64,000 nucleotides of DNA from an uncultured Flavobacteriales bacterium (GTDB taxonomy: Bacteria; Bacteroidota; Bacteroidia; Flavobacteriales; UBA1820). Location of the stretch: positions 18,933 through 82,932 of the forward strand of contig CABSLV010000003.1 of assembly GCA_902478645.1 (NCBI GenBank), read 5' to 3'. The position numbers were made by a program, and so were the translations under genes. Numbering within the stretch: position 1 is the first letter of the stretch; each line of letters opens with the position of its first letter. The notes beneath the pieces were generated by a model. The model was not told the DNA's origin and ran no database searches. It worked only from the letters and a program-made list of their open reading frames with translations. Of this stretch, positions 28,804 through 46,048 are shown in pieces.

Positions 28804-29178
28804 ATGGCAGATCTGAAACAACTCGCTGAAGAACTGGTGAACCTGAGCGTAAAAGATGTTCAGGAACTGGGCAACATACTCAAAGAAGAATACGGCATCG
28901 AACCCGCAGCCGCAGCCGTAGTAGTAGCAGCCGGAGACGGCGCTGGTGCTGCTGCAGCCGAGGAGAAGACCGAATTCGACGTGATCCTCAAGGAAGCTGG
29001 TGCAGAGAAACTGAAAGTCGTAAAGGCTGTCAAGGAACTCACCGGTCTCGGTCTGAAGGAAGCCAAGGAATTGGTAGACGGTGCTCCTTCCACCATCAAG
29101 GAAGGCCTGCCCAAGGACGAGGCTATGAACATCAAGAGCCACCTCGAAGAAGTTGGCGCCCAGGTAGAAGTCAAATAA
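28804..29178 (+). CDS. rplL: 50S ribosomal protein L7/L12
   Basis: 124 aa, Ala-rich hinge ([21 protein letters not shown]), [25 protein letters not shown]. Confidence 0.97.
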   Translation: MADLKQLAEELVNLSVKDVQELGNILKEEYGIEPAAAAVVVAAGDGAGAAAAEEKTEFDVILKEAGAEKLKVVKAVKELTGLGLKEAKELVDGAPSTIKEGLPKDEAMNIKSHLEEVGAQVEVK

Positions 29179-29193
29179 CCGACTTCTTTCCTT

Positions 29194-29249
29194 GCAAAAG
29201 GCTTAGGTCGTAGCGGTTTTTCAACCTCTAGAGGCCTAAGCCCTTTTGC
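29194..29249 (+). terminator. imperfect hairpin plus T-rich tail between rplL and rpoB (putative attenuator)
   Basis: GCAAAAGGCTTAGG...CCTAAGCCCTTTTGC (one bulged C) encloses the palindrome CCTCTAGAGG and is followed by TCTTTTATTCATTTTTCTTTT. Confidence 0.5.
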
Positions 29250-29288
29250 TCTTTTATTCATTTTTCTTTTAATTAAAAATAAATTCCA

Positions 29289-33104
<3,816 letters not shown>

Positions 33105-33188
33105 CCCGCAGGCCCCGGGGGTGGAACTTCCCCCCGGAGGCTGTTTTCGGTATAAGATTTTCAAACAAAGCAATACAAGCAAAAGCAA

Positions 33189-36100
33189 ATGGCTTTAGGT
33201 AAAGAAAACAAAGCAACCAGCGGCTTCAGAAAGATAACCATCGGCCTGGCTTCGCCGGAGACCATCTTGGCGCAGTCCTACGGCGAGGTTCTCAAACCGG
33301 AAACCATCAACTACCGCACCCACAAACCCGAGCGCGACGGTCTGTTCTGCGAACGCATCTTCGGCCCGGTAAAAGACTACGAGTGCGCCTGCGGAAAATA
33401 CAAGCGCATCCGTTACAAAGGCATCGTGTGCGACCGCTGCGGAGTGGAAGTGACCGAAAAGAAAGTGCGCCGCGAACGCACCGGGCACATCAACCTGGTG
33501 GTTCCGGTAGCGCACATCTGGTACTTCCGCAGTCTGCCCAACAAGATCGGTTACCTGTTGGGGCTTCCCTCCAAGAAGCTCGATATGATCATCTACTACG
33601 AGCGTTACATCGTCATCAACCCCGGAGTAGCCAAACGTCCTACGGGCGAACCGCTCCAGAAGATGGAACTGCTCACCGAGGAAGAATACCTCGACATCGT
33701 CGATGCGCTGCCCGAAGACAACCAGTACCTGGACGATGCCAACCCCGACAAGTTCATCGCCAAGATGGGTGCCGAGGCACTGCTGGACCTGCTGCACGAG
33801 ATCGACCTGGACCAGCTCTCCTATAAATTGCGCGACAGCGTTTCGCACGAAACCTCCAAACAGCGCAAGACCGAAGCACTCAAACGCCTGCAAATCGTCG
33901 AGGCGTTCCGCGAGGCCCAGAAGACGCGTGAAAACCGTCCCGAATGGATGATCATGAAGGTCATTCCCGTCATTCCGCCCGAGTTGCGCCCGCTGGTGCC
34001 GCTCGACGGAGGCCGTTTCGCCACTTCGGACCTCAACGACCTGTACCGTCGGGTGATCATCCGCAACAACCGCCTCAAACGCCTGATCGAGATCAAAGCG
34101 CCGGAGGTGATCCTGCGCAACGAAAAGCGCATGTTGCAGGAAGCGGTCGATTCGCTCTTCGACAACACCCGCAAGGCTTCGGCCGTCAAGACCGAGTCCA
34201 ACCGGGCACTCAAGTCGCTCTCCGACTCGCTGAAAGGAAAACAGGGTCGTTTCCGTCAGAACCTGCTGGGTAAACGTGTGGACTACTCCGCCCGTTCGGT
34301 CATCGTTTCCGGACCAGAACTCAAGATCTACGAATGCGGTCTGCCCAAAGACATGGCCGCCGAGCTCTACAAACCGTTCATCATCCGCAAACTCATCGAG
34401 CGCGGTATCGTCAAGACGGTCAAGAGTGCCAAGAAGATCATCGACCGCCGCGACCCGGTGGTATGGGACATCCTGGAAAACGTCATCAAGGGCCATCCGG
34501 TACTGCTCAACCGCGCCCCGACGCTGCACCGTTTGTCCATCCAGGCTTTCCAGCCGCGTCTGATCGAAGGAAAGGCCATCCAGTTGCACCCGCTGGTCTG
34601 CACCGGGTTCAACGCCGACTTCGACGGTGACCAGATGGCCGTACACCTGCCGCTGGGACCGGAAGCCATCCTGGAAGCCCAACTGCTGATGCTCGCCTCG
34701 CACAACATCCTCAACCCGGCCAACGGTTCCCCGATCACCGTTCCTTCGCAGGACATGGTACTCGGACTGTACTACATGACCAAGGAACGCCATTCCACCG
34801 AGACGGAAAAAGTACCGGGCGAAGGCATGACGTTCTACTCGCCGGAGGAAGTGCGCATTGCCTACAACGAGGGGAAAGTCAACCTGCAAGCTCCCATCAA
34901 GGTACGCCTGGACATCTGGGAAGACGGCAAGACCGTGCGCAAGATCGTCGATACGACCGTGGGCCGCGTATTCTTCAACGACGTGGTTCCGTTCAAGGCC
35001 GGCTACATCAATACGGTGATCAAAAAGAACACCCTGCGCGACATCATTGCCCACGTGCTCAAATGCACCGACATCCCCACCACGACCAAATTCCTGGACG
35101 ACATCAAAGCCATGGGATACGATCGTGCCTTCCGCGGCGGACTGTCCTTCTCCTTGGCCGACATCCTGATTCCGGAGGCCAAGCAGGCGCTCATCGCCGA
35201 GGCCAACGAAAAGGTGGAGACCACCATGGAGCAGTACAACATGGGTGCTATCACCAACAACGAACGATACAACATCATCATCGATGCATGGTCGGCCGCT
35301 ACCAACCTGATCGCCGAAGCCGCCATGAAGACCCTCAAGGAAGACAAGCAGGGCTTCAACTCGGTGTACATGATGCTCGACTCGGGAGCCCGTGGTTCCA
35401 AGGCGCAGATCAGCCAGCTCACCGGTATGCGAGGCCTGATGGCCAAACCGCAAAAATCCGGTTCGGGCGGCGCGGACATCATCGAAAACCCGATCATCTC
35501 CAACTTCAAGGAAGGTCTGTCCATCCTCGAGTTCTTCATCTCCACGCACGGTGCCCGTAAAGGTCTGGCCGATACGGCTCTGAAGACGGCCGATGCCGGT
35601 TACCTCACCCGTCGTCTGGTGGACGTGGCACAGGACGTGATCATCAACGAAGAAGACTGCGGCACCCTGCGCGGTATCGAAGTTTCGGCCCTGAAGGAAA
35701 ACGATGTGGTGCGCGAGACGCTCGCCAGCCGCATCCTGGGTCGCGTATCCCTGCACGATGTGGAAGATCTCCGCGACGGACACATCCTGGTACATGCCGG
35801 AGAAGAGATCACCGACCCGATCGCCAAAGCGATCGAAGAGGCCGGCGTGGAAACGGTGGAAGTCCGTTCGCCCCTTACCTGCGAGGCACGTCACGGTATC
35901 TGTGCCAAATGTTACGGGCGCAACCTGGCTACCGGCCGCATGGTTCAGAAAGGTGAAGCGGTCGGCGTGATCGCAGCCCAGTCCATCGGTGAACCGGGTA
36001 CGCAGCTTACCCTCCGTACCTTCCACCAGGGTGGTACCGCCGGAGCAGCCGCTGCCGAATCCAGCATCAAGGCCAAAGCCGACGGTATCATCGAATTCGA

Positions 36101-37490
36101 CGACCTGCGCACCATCCCCACTCAGGACCAGGAAGGTGTGGACTGCGACATTGTCATCTCCCGCACCACGGAAATGCACATCCTGGATCCCAAGACCAAG
36201 CTCATGCTTTCCACCCACAATATCCCCTACGGTGCTTTCCTGTACAAGAAAGCCGACCAGGAGGTAGCCAAGGGAGACATGATCTGCCAGTGGGATCCGC
36301 ACAATGCGTTGATCCTCTCCGAAACAGCCGGTAAGATCGCCTACGAGGACATCGAACAGGGACAGTCCTACCAGGTAGAGATCGACGACCAGACGGGCTT
36401 CCAGGAAAAGATCATTTCCGAATCCAAGAACAAGAAACTCATCCCCACGGTCATCATCAACGACACCAAGGGCAACGTCATCAAATCGTACAACCTGCCT
36501 GTCGGCGCCCACCTGATGGTGGACAACGGAGCCAAGGTAAAAGCCGGCCAAATCCTGGTGAAGATCCCGCGCCGCAGCGCGAAAGCGGGCGACATCACCG
36601 GTGGTCTGCCGCGCGTTACCGAACTCTTCGAGGCGCGCAACCCGTCCAACCCGGCCGTTGTTTCCGAGATCGACGGCGTGGTACGTCTGGGTGCCATCAA
36701 GCGTGGCAACAAGGAGATCATCATCACCTCCAAGAGCGGTGAAGAACGCCGCTACCTGGTCAAACTCTCCAACCAGATCCTCGTTCAGGACAACGACTAC
36801 GTACGTGCCGGCAGCCCGCTCTCCGAAGGTTCCATCTCTCCGGACGACATCCTGCGCATCAAAGGCCCGAACGAAGTCCAGGAGTACCTGGTAAACGAAG
36901 TTCAGGGCGTGTACCGGATGCAGGGCGTGGTGATCAACGACAAGCACTTCGAAGTGATCGTCCGCCAGATGATGCGCAAGGTGATGATCATCGATCCGGG
37001 CGATACGCAGTTCCTCGAAGGCCAGTCCGTCCACAAACGCGACTTCACGGATGCCAACGACGCTCTCTTCGGCATCAAGGTTGTTACCGATGCCGGCGAT
37101 TCGGAAAACCTGCATCCCGGACAGATGGTTACCCTGCGTCAGCTCAAGGACGAAAACTCCACGCTCAAACGCGCGGACAAAAAGCAAGTAGAAGCGCGCG
37201 ATGCGATCCCCGCAACGGCCGAGCCGATGCTTCAGGGTATCACCCGGGCTTCGCTGCAGACGCACTCGTTCATCTCTGCCGCTTCCTTCCAGGAAACGAC
37301 CAAGGTGCTCAACGAAGCAGCCGTCGCTGCCAAGGAAGACTACCTCGAAGGCCTGAAGGAAAACGTCATCGTAGGGCACAAGATCCCGGCCGGAACCGGT
37401 CTGCGCGAATACGAAGACCTCATCGTCGGCTCGAAGGACGAATACGAACAGCTGCGCAAAAACATGCAAAACGACGGCGACCAGGAGTAA
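33189..37490 (+). CDS. rpoC: DNA-directed RNA polymerase subunit beta'
   Basis: 1433 aa; zinc finger [20 protein letters not shown], catalytic [12 protein letters not shown]. Confidence 0.98.
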   Translation: MALGKENKATSGFRKITIGLASPETILAQSYGEVLKPETINYRTHKPERDGLFCERIFGPVKDYECACGKYKRIRYKGIVCDRCGVEVTEKKVRRERTGHINLVVPVAHIWYFRSLPNKIGYLLGLPSKKLDMIIYYERYIVINPGVAKRPTGEPLQKMELLTEEEYLDIVDALPEDNQYLDDANPDKFIAKMGAEALLDLLHEIDLDQLSYKLRDSVSHETSKQRKTEALKRLQIVEAFREAQKTRENRPEWMIMKVIPVIPPELRPLVPLDGGRFATSDLNDLYRRVIIRNNRLKRLIEIKAPEVILRNEKRMLQEAVDSLFDNTRKASAVKTESNRALKSLSDSLKGKQGRFRQNLLGKRVDYSARSVIVSGPELKIYECGLPKDMAAELYKPFIIRKLIERGIVKTVKSAKKIIDRRDPVVWDILENVIKGHPVLLNRAPTLHRLSIQAFQPRLIEGKAIQLHPLVCTGFNADFDGDQMAVHLPLGPEAILEAQLLMLASHNILNPANGSPITVPSQDMVLGLYYMTKERHSTETEKVPGEGMTFYSPEEVRIAYNEGKVNLQAPIKVRLDIWEDGKTVRKIVDTTVGRVFFNDVVPFKAGYINTVIKKNTLRDIIAHVLKCTDIPTTTKFLDDIKAMGYDRAFRGGLSFSLADILIPEAKQALIAEANEKVETTMEQYNMGAITNNERYNIIIDAWSAATNLIAEAAMKTLKEDKQGFNSVYMMLDSGARGSKAQISQLTGMRGLMAKPQKSGSGGADIIENPIISNFKEGLSILEFFISTHGARKGLADTALKTADAGYLTRRLVDVAQDVIINEEDCGTLRGIEVSALKENDVVRETLASRILGRVSLHDVEDLRDGHILVHAGEEITDPIAKAIEEAGVETVEVRSPLTCEARHGICAKCYGRNLATGRMVQKGEAVGVIAAQSIGEPGTQLTLRTFHQGGTAGAAAAESSIKAKADGIIEFDDLRTIPTQDQEGVDCDIVISRTTEMHILDPKTKLMLSTHNIPYGAFLYKKADQEVAKGDMICQWDPHNALILSETAGKIAYEDIEQGQSYQVEIDDQTGFQEKIISESKNKKLIPTVIINDTKGNVIKSYNLPVGAHLMVDNGAKVKAGQILVKIPRRSAKAGDITGGLPRVTELFEARNPSNPAVVSEIDGVVRLGAIKRGNKEIIITSKSGEERRYLVKLSNQILVQDNDYVRAGSPLSEGSISPDDILRIKGPNEVQEYLVNEVQGVYRMQGVVINDKHFEVIVRQMMRKVMIIDPGDTQFLEGQSVHKRDFTDANDALFGIKVVTDAGDSENLHPGQMVTLRQLKDENSTLKRADKKQVEARDAIPATAEPMLQGITRASLQTHSFISAASFQETTKVLNEAAVAAKEDYLEGLKENVIVGHKIPAGTGLREYEDLIVGSKDEYEQLRKNMQNDGDQE

Positions 37491-37514
37491 TCTCCCTCGC
37501 TTCGATCCTTCTAG

Positions 37515-37545
37515 AAACGCCCTCCACGCCTCGTGGAGGGCGTTT
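37515..37545 (+). terminator. intrinsic terminator after rpoC
   Basis: AAACGCCCTCCACG-cct-CGTGGAGGGCGTTT followed by CTTCTTT. Confidence 0.8.
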
Positions 37546-37690
37546 CTTCTTTCCACCATTTCTTCCCCCCGATGCTCCCCCCCCCCTTAACACCGCGCTA
37601 AAATCCCCTTAAAATCCCGCTCATTTTTCCCGAAAACCACCGTTTTTCAGTAACTTTACACGTTGAAAAAACGCAATAATTCCCATCCGC

Positions 37691-37987
37691 ATGGAAGACC
37701 CGAAAAATCCCTCCAAAATCGACATCGAACTCACCGATGCCCAGGCTCAAGGCGTCTATTCCAACCTGTCCATCATCAACCACTCCCCGAGCGAATTTGT
37801 CGTGGACTACCTCTCGCTGATGCCCGGGATGCCCAAGGCCCGTATCGTCTCCCGGGTCATCCTCACACCGATGCACGCCAAGAAAATGCTCGGAGCCCTG
37901 GCAGAGAACGTCCGCCGCTACGAGGCCCTCTTCGGCGAGATCCGCGATACGGATGCCGTTCCCCCCGCCCCGCGCGGAGAGGCCTAA
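37691..37987 (+). CDS. small conserved protein, DUF3467-like
   Basis: 98 aa, IDIELTDAQAQGVYSNLSIINHSPSEFVVDYLSLMPGMPKARIVSRVILTP. As I recall, a DUF3467 gene commonly follows rpoC in Bacteroidota. Confidence 0.65.
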   Translation: MEDPKNPSKIDIELTDAQAQGVYSNLSIINHSPSEFVVDYLSLMPGMPKARIVSRVILTPMHAKKMLGALAENVRRYEALFGEIRDTDAVPPAPRGEA

Positions 37988-38028
37988 AAATATTGCCCTC
38001 TCCATGAACAGATAAGCGCAGAATGTCG

Positions 38029-38036
38029 TAATTTTG
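38029..38036 (+). promoter_or_regulatory. candidate -7 box (TAATTTTG) for eno
   Basis: Perfect TAnnTTTG followed by CAC, 57 nt upstream of the eno ATG; no clear -33. Confidence 0.45.
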
Positions 38037-38069
38037 CACCGCTGAAAAGAAAGGAAACGAAATCAATAA

Positions 38070-39443
<1,374 letters not shown>

Positions 39444-39468
39444 GTCTTTCCGGCTTCTTTCATACTCA

Positions 39469-39499
39469 ACGCCCGGCGCATCTGCGCCGGGCGTTTTTT
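39469..39499 (+). terminator. intrinsic terminator after eno
   Basis: ACGCCCGGCGCA-TGCGCCGGGCGT palindrome followed by TTTTT. Confidence 0.8.
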
Positions 39500-39522
39500 A
39501 TACCCGATATTCCCTCCAGCAA

Positions 39523-39587
39523 AAACGTCCCAAGCGAACAAGCGGAGCGCCCTAAAAGGGCGCTCCGCTTGTTCGCTTGGGACGTTT
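39523..39587. terminator. 30-bp perfect inverted repeat between convergent eno and alaS
   Basis: AAACGTCCCAAGCGAACAAGCGGAGCGCCC-taaaa-GGGCGCTCCGCTTGTTCGCTTGGGACGTTT. Confidence 0.75.
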
Positions 39588-39612
39588 GGGGAGAAAAAAA
39601 ACGGAAAACTCC

Positions 39613-42240
<2,628 letters not shown>

Positions 42241-42274
42241 TTTCTGCTAATTCTTACTGAATCTTATCGGATGT

Positions 42275-42282
42275 CAAAAGTA
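42275..42282 (-). promoter_or_regulatory. candidate -7 box (TACTTTTG) for alaS
   Basis: Minus strand TACTTTTG, 34 nt upstream of the alaS ATG; no clear -33. Confidence 0.4.
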
Positions 42283-42344
42283 CTAAAATTTTGCTAAATG
42301 CACCCTGCCGAATCCGCTCCGGAATCAAAGGCCGTTTTTTTTCT

Positions 42345-42352
42345 TACCTTTG
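42345..42352 (+). promoter_or_regulatory. candidate -7 box (TACCTTTG) for the M23 peptidase operon
   Basis: Perfect TAnnTTTG 59 nt upstream of ATG 42412; no clear -33. Confidence 0.4.
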
Positions 42353-42411
42353 CCGATGGATCTTTTCCCTCGGACCGGAACGTCCGCTCCGAATCCGCGC
42401 AGGAACAGCGT

Positions 42412-43389
42412 ATGGCCAAGAACATAAAATATTATTTCGATCATGCCAGCCTTTCGTACAAGAAAGTCCGCATCAGTTTTCTGACGCGGCTGCGCAACGT
42501 ATTGCTGTGGTTCATCACCACCGGGTCGGTGTGGATCGTGATCTATTTTATCGTTACCCGCTTTATCCCTACCCCCAAGGAACTTACCCTGCAGCGCGAA
42601 CTGGACAACATGACGCTCAACTACGAGATGCTGCAGAAACAGATGGATGAAAACGAGCAGCGCCTCGCCGAGATCGAAAACCGCGACGACAACCTCTACC
42701 GCGTCATCTTCGAGACGGACCCCTACCCCTCGGATCGCCGCAGCGGCACCATCAGCGGGCAGGAATACTTTGAAAAGATGCGGGGCGAACGCTACTCGGA
42801 CATGATCGCCTCGGCTACCGAACGGATCGAAAAACTGACCAAGCGCATCTACGCCGAAAGCCAATCGCTGGACGAAGTAGCCGACCTGGCGCTGCGCAAG
42901 AAAGACATGATCAGTTCCATCCCCGCCGTACCCCCGGTAACCATCGACATCGTGCGACGCACCCTGGTATCCGGCTACGGACTGCGCCTGCACCCCATCA
43001 GCAAGGTATGGCGCATGCACACCGGCATGGACTTTGCCGCCAAGATCGGCACGCCCATCTATGCCACGGGCGACGGCGTGGTAACCTTTGCCGGGAGCGA
43101 TGCCTCGGGCTACGGCATCCACGTGATCATCGACCACGGCTACGGCTACCAGACCCTCTACGGCCACATGTCCAAACTGCACACCCAAAAGGGCAGACGG
43201 GTCAAACGCGGAGAGATCATCGGCGAGATAGGCAACACCGGACAGTCCACCGGCCCGCACCTGCACTACGAAGTGATCTACCGCGGACAGAAGGTCAACC
43301 CCATCAACTATTACTACAAGGACATCACGCCCGAAGAATACAACGCGCTGCTCGAGATGGCCTCCCAGCATACCTCGCCGTTCGACTAA
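42412..43389 (+). CDS. M23 family metallopeptidase (LytM/EnvC-like) with N-terminal TM and coiled coil
   Basis: ORF trimmed to ATG 42412; HTGMDFAAKIGTPIYATGDG...GNTGQSTGPHLHYEV (HxxxD and HxH motifs). Confidence 0.85.
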   Translation: MAKNIKYYFDHASLSYKKVRISFLTRLRNVLLWFITTGSVWIVIYFIVTRFIPTPKELTLQRELDNMTLNYEMLQKQMDENEQRLAEIENRDDNLYRVIFETDPYPSDRRSGTISGQEYFEKMRGERYSDMIASATERIEKLTKRIYAESQSLDEVADLALRKKDMISSIPAVPPVTIDIVRRTLVSGYGLRLHPISKVWRMHTGMDFAAKIGTPIYATGDGVVTFAGSDASGYGIHVIIDHGYGYQTLYGHMSKLHTQKGRRVKRGEIIGEIGNTGQSTGPHLHYEVIYRGQKVNPINYYYKDITPEEYNALLEMASQHTSPFD

Positions 43390-43408
43390 CCTTACGTCCT
43401 GCCCAACT

Positions 43409-43750
43409 ATGAAAAAAACCGAGAAAAAACTGCCCGAAGGCAAATATTACTACTCGATCGGCGAAGTGGCCGACTACTTCGAAGTAACCCCCGCCACCCT
43501 GCGCCACTGGGAAACGATGTTCGAGACCATCTCCCCGCGCAAGAACAAGAAAGGCGACCGGATGTACAACGCCCAGGACGTGGAAGCCATCCGACTGGTG
43601 CACTTCCTGGTCAAGGAAAGCGGCTATACCCTTTCCGGAGCCGTCGAACACATCCGCACCAACAAAAAAGCCCTCACCCGGCGCATGGAGGCGCTGCGCA
43701 TCCTGCGGGGCGTACGCTCGGAGTTGGAAAAACTCAAGAACAGCCTCTGA
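43409..43750 (+). CDS. MerR family transcriptional regulator
   Basis: 113 aa, [22 protein letters not shown]...R...[12 protein letters not shown] (MerR winged HTH). Confidence 0.8.
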   Translation: MKKTEKKLPEGKYYYSIGEVADYFEVTPATLRHWETMFETISPRKNKKGDRMYNAQDVEAIRLVHFLVKESGYTLSGAVEHIRTNKKALTRRMEALRILRGVRSELEKLKNSL

Positions 43751-43812
43751 AAAACATCCGCCCGCTGGCGCAAAACCCGTATCTTTGCCCGGTGGGAAAG
43801 CCACACCAAGCC

Positions 43813-44835
43813 ATGCCGCAAGGATTTCACGAACGATTCGACACCCCCGAGGAACGGGAATACGAAAAAGCCCTCCGTCCGCTCACTTTCGACGATTTCG
43901 CCGGACAAGCCCAAGTATTGTCCAACCTCGAAGTCTTCGTCCGCGCCGCCAACCAGCGCACCGAAGCACTGGACCATGTCCTGCTGCACGGCCCACCCGG
44001 ACTGGGCAAGACCACTCTGGCGGGGATCATCGCCTCGGAACTGGGCGTAAACCTACGCACCACCTCCGGCCCGGTGATCGACAAACCGGGCGATCTGGCA
44101 GGCCTGCTCACCGGACTGGAAGACCGCGACGTACTGTTCATCGACGAAATCCACCGCCTGAGTCCCGTCGTAGAGGAATACCTCTACTCCGCCATGGAGG
44201 ACTACCGGCTGGACATCATGCTGGAAAGCGGCCCGAACGCCCGCAGCGTACAGATCACCCTGGCTCCCTTCACCCTGATCGGAGCCACCACGCGCGCCGG
44301 ACTGCTCACCGCCCCCATGCGCGCCCGTTTCGGTATCAACTGCCGCCTGGAATACTACGACAGCGAAACGCTCGCAGCCATCGTCGAACGCTCGGCCCGC
44401 ATCATGCACATCCCCATCACCGAGGAAGCGACCTTGGAAATCTCCCGCCGTTCGCGCGGCACCCCCCGCATAGCCAATGCCCTGCTGCGCCGCATCCGCG
44501 ACTTTGCCCAGATAAAGGGCACGGGGACCATCGACCGGAACATTGCCCTGATCGGCCTCAAAGCCCTCTCGGTAGATGAATACGGTCTGGATGAAATGGA
44601 CAACCGGATGCTCTCGGCTCTGATCGACAAATTCGGCGGCGGTCCGGTAGGCATCACCACGCTGGCTACCGCCGTAGGGGAAAACGCCGGCACGCTGGAG
44701 GAAGTGTACGAACCGTTCCTGATCCAGGAAGGCTTCGTAGTGCGCACCCCGCGCGGACGCCAAGCCACCGAGAAAGCCTACAAACACCTGGGACGCGCGT
44801 ACTCCGGACGCGAAAAGGACCTCTTCGACCTCTGA
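43813..44835 (+). CDS. ruvB: Holliday junction branch migration helicase RuvB
   Basis: Walker [34 protein letters not shown] 43813 is preferred over GTG 43792, but the start is uncertain by 7 codons. Confidence 0.93.
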   Translation: MPQGFHERFDTPEEREYEKALRPLTFDDFAGQAQVLSNLEVFVRAANQRTEALDHVLLHGPPGLGKTTLAGIIASELGVNLRTTSGPVIDKPGDLAGLLTGLEDRDVLFIDEIHRLSPVVEEYLYSAMEDYRLDIMLESGPNARSVQITLAPFTLIGATTRAGLLTAPMRARFGINCRLEYYDSETLAAIVERSARIMHIPITEEATLEISRRSRGTPRIANALLRRIRDFAQIKGTGTIDRNIALIGLKALSVDEYGLDEMDNRMLSALIDKFGGGPVGITTLATAVGENAGTLEEVYEPFLIQEGFVVRTPRGRQATEKAYKHLGRAYSGREKDLFDL

Positions 44836-44840
44836 CCGCC

Positions 44841-45776
44841 ATGAGTCCCTCACCCGAAGAACTCCGCCGACAGATACAAAGCCTTGCCCTCGGGCAGGGC
44901 TTTTGCGCCTGCGGGATCTCCCCGGCCGAACCGCTGCCCGAGGATGCCCGCGCGATAGCCCGCTGGGTGGAACAGGGGCGCAACGCCTCCCTGGAATACA
45001 TGGCCCGCAACGCCGACAAACGCGAAGACATCCGGCGGATGGTTCCCGGAGCAAGGAGTATCATCTGCCTGGCGCACAGTTACCTCACCGACACCTCCGA
45101 AACCGTTTCCCGGCAGACGGGGGTTGCCAAATACGCCTTGGGGGAGGATTACCATACGGTGCTCAAGGACAAGATGCACCGCCTGTGCGCAGAACTGAAA
45201 AAAAACGCCGGCGAGTTTTCCTACCGGGTGTTCACCGATTCGGCTCCGGTGGCCGAACGCCGTCTGGCCCAACGCGCCGGACTGGGCTGGATCGGGAAAA
45301 GCACCCAGCTCATCCTGCCGGGCGTGGGTTCGTACGTGTTCCTGTCGGAGATCGTTACCGACCTAGCGCTTCCGCCCGACGAGCCGTTCCCCGGTTCGCG
45401 CTGCGGGGCCTGCCGGCGCTGTCAGATGGCCTGCCCTACCGGAGCTATCGACGGGCAAGGGACCATCGACGCACGGAAATGCCTCTCGTACGCCACCATC
45501 GAGAGCCGGGACGACCTTCCGGAGGACTTGGCCGAAAAACTCGGCGGACGGGTCTTCGGCTGCGATGCTTGTCTGGATGCCTGCCCTTGGAACCGGCACG
45601 CGAAACGCACGGGAGAACCTCGCCTGCAACCTCTAAACGCGCTGGCTTCCCTGCAAAAGCCCCAGTGGCTGACCTTGGACGAGGCGACTTTTCTTCAAGT
45701 ATTTACCGCGTCGCCCTTGCGGAGGGCGGGATGGGAAAAGATCCGCCGAACGGCCGAAAAAGCGCTGAAAAAATAA
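44841..45776 (+). CDS. queG: epoxyqueuosine reductase
   Basis: 311 aa; CGACRRCQMACPTGAI and FGCDACLDACPWN ferredoxin motifs, QueG-like N-terminus. Confidence 0.85.
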   Translation: MSPSPEELRRQIQSLALGQGFCACGISPAEPLPEDARAIARWVEQGRNASLEYMARNADKREDIRRMVPGARSIICLAHSYLTDTSETVSRQTGVAKYALGEDYHTVLKDKMHRLCAELKKNAGEFSYRVFTDSAPVAERRLAQRAGLGWIGKSTQLILPGVGSYVFLSEIVTDLALPPDEPFPGSRCGACRRCQMACPTGAIDGQGTIDARKCLSYATIESRDDLPEDLAEKLGGRVFGCDACLDACPWNRHAKRTGEPRLQPLNALASLQKPQWLTLDEATFLQVFTASPLRRAGWEKIRRTAEKALKK

Positions 45777-45808
45777 TTTGGCCGATCCGCTATTTTGATG
45801 TACATTTG
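45777..45808 (+). promoter_or_regulatory. Bacteroidota-type promoter (TTTG-N20-TACATTTG) for tRNA-Gln
   Basis: TTTG 45777-45780, 20 nt, TACATTTG 45801-45808, 12 nt before the tRNA 5' end. Confidence 0.65.
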
Positions 45809-45820
45809 CCCCGCCGGAAA

Positions 45821-45891
45821 AGCCCTATGGTGTAATGGTAGCACATGTGATTTTGGTTCATCCGGTCTTGGTTCGAATCCAGGTAGGGCTA
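45821..45891 (+). tRNA. tRNA-Gln (anticodon TTG)
   Basis: AGCCCTA/TAGGGCT acceptor, GTGT-AATGGTA-GCAC D arm, anticodon loop TTTTGGT (one mismatch at the top of its stem), CTTGG-TTCGAAT-CCAGG T arm; no encoded CCA. Confidence 0.85.
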
Positions 45892-45897
45892 CGGACG

Positions 45898-45932
45898 ACG
45901 CTGCAACCTTTCGGTTGCAGCGTTTTGTTTTT
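45898..45932 (+). terminator. intrinsic terminator after tRNA-Gln
   Basis: ACGCTGCAACC-tttc-GGTTGCAGCGT followed by TTTGTTTTT. Confidence 0.8.
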
Positions 45933-45953
45933 CAGAACACCTCCTCGCTCATC

Positions 45954-46022
45954 CGGCGGTGGCGGGCAAGCAAAAGGGCATGGACCAATGGCCCACGCCC
46001 TTTTGCTTGCCCGCCACCGCCG
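45954..46022. terminator. 26-bp perfect inverted repeat between convergent tRNA-Gln and the cytidylate-kinase-like gene
   Basis: CGGCGGTGGCGGGCAAGCAAAAGGGC-17 nt-GCCCTTTTGCTTGCCCGCCACCGCCG. Confidence 0.7.
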
Positions 46023-46048
46023 AGGATTGCCCCGCCGGAAACAGGGAG

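Noticed and set aside
33195-37559. 1454-aa ORF antisense to the whole of rpoC as a protein-coding gene
   Set aside because: It is in exact codon-opposite register with rpoC, and its stop is the complement of rpoC codon 3 (TTA). Its openness follows from the absence of TTA/CTA/TCA codons. The translation is a V/D/G/R/H-rich mirror sequence with no motif I recognise, and there is no promoter motif upstream.
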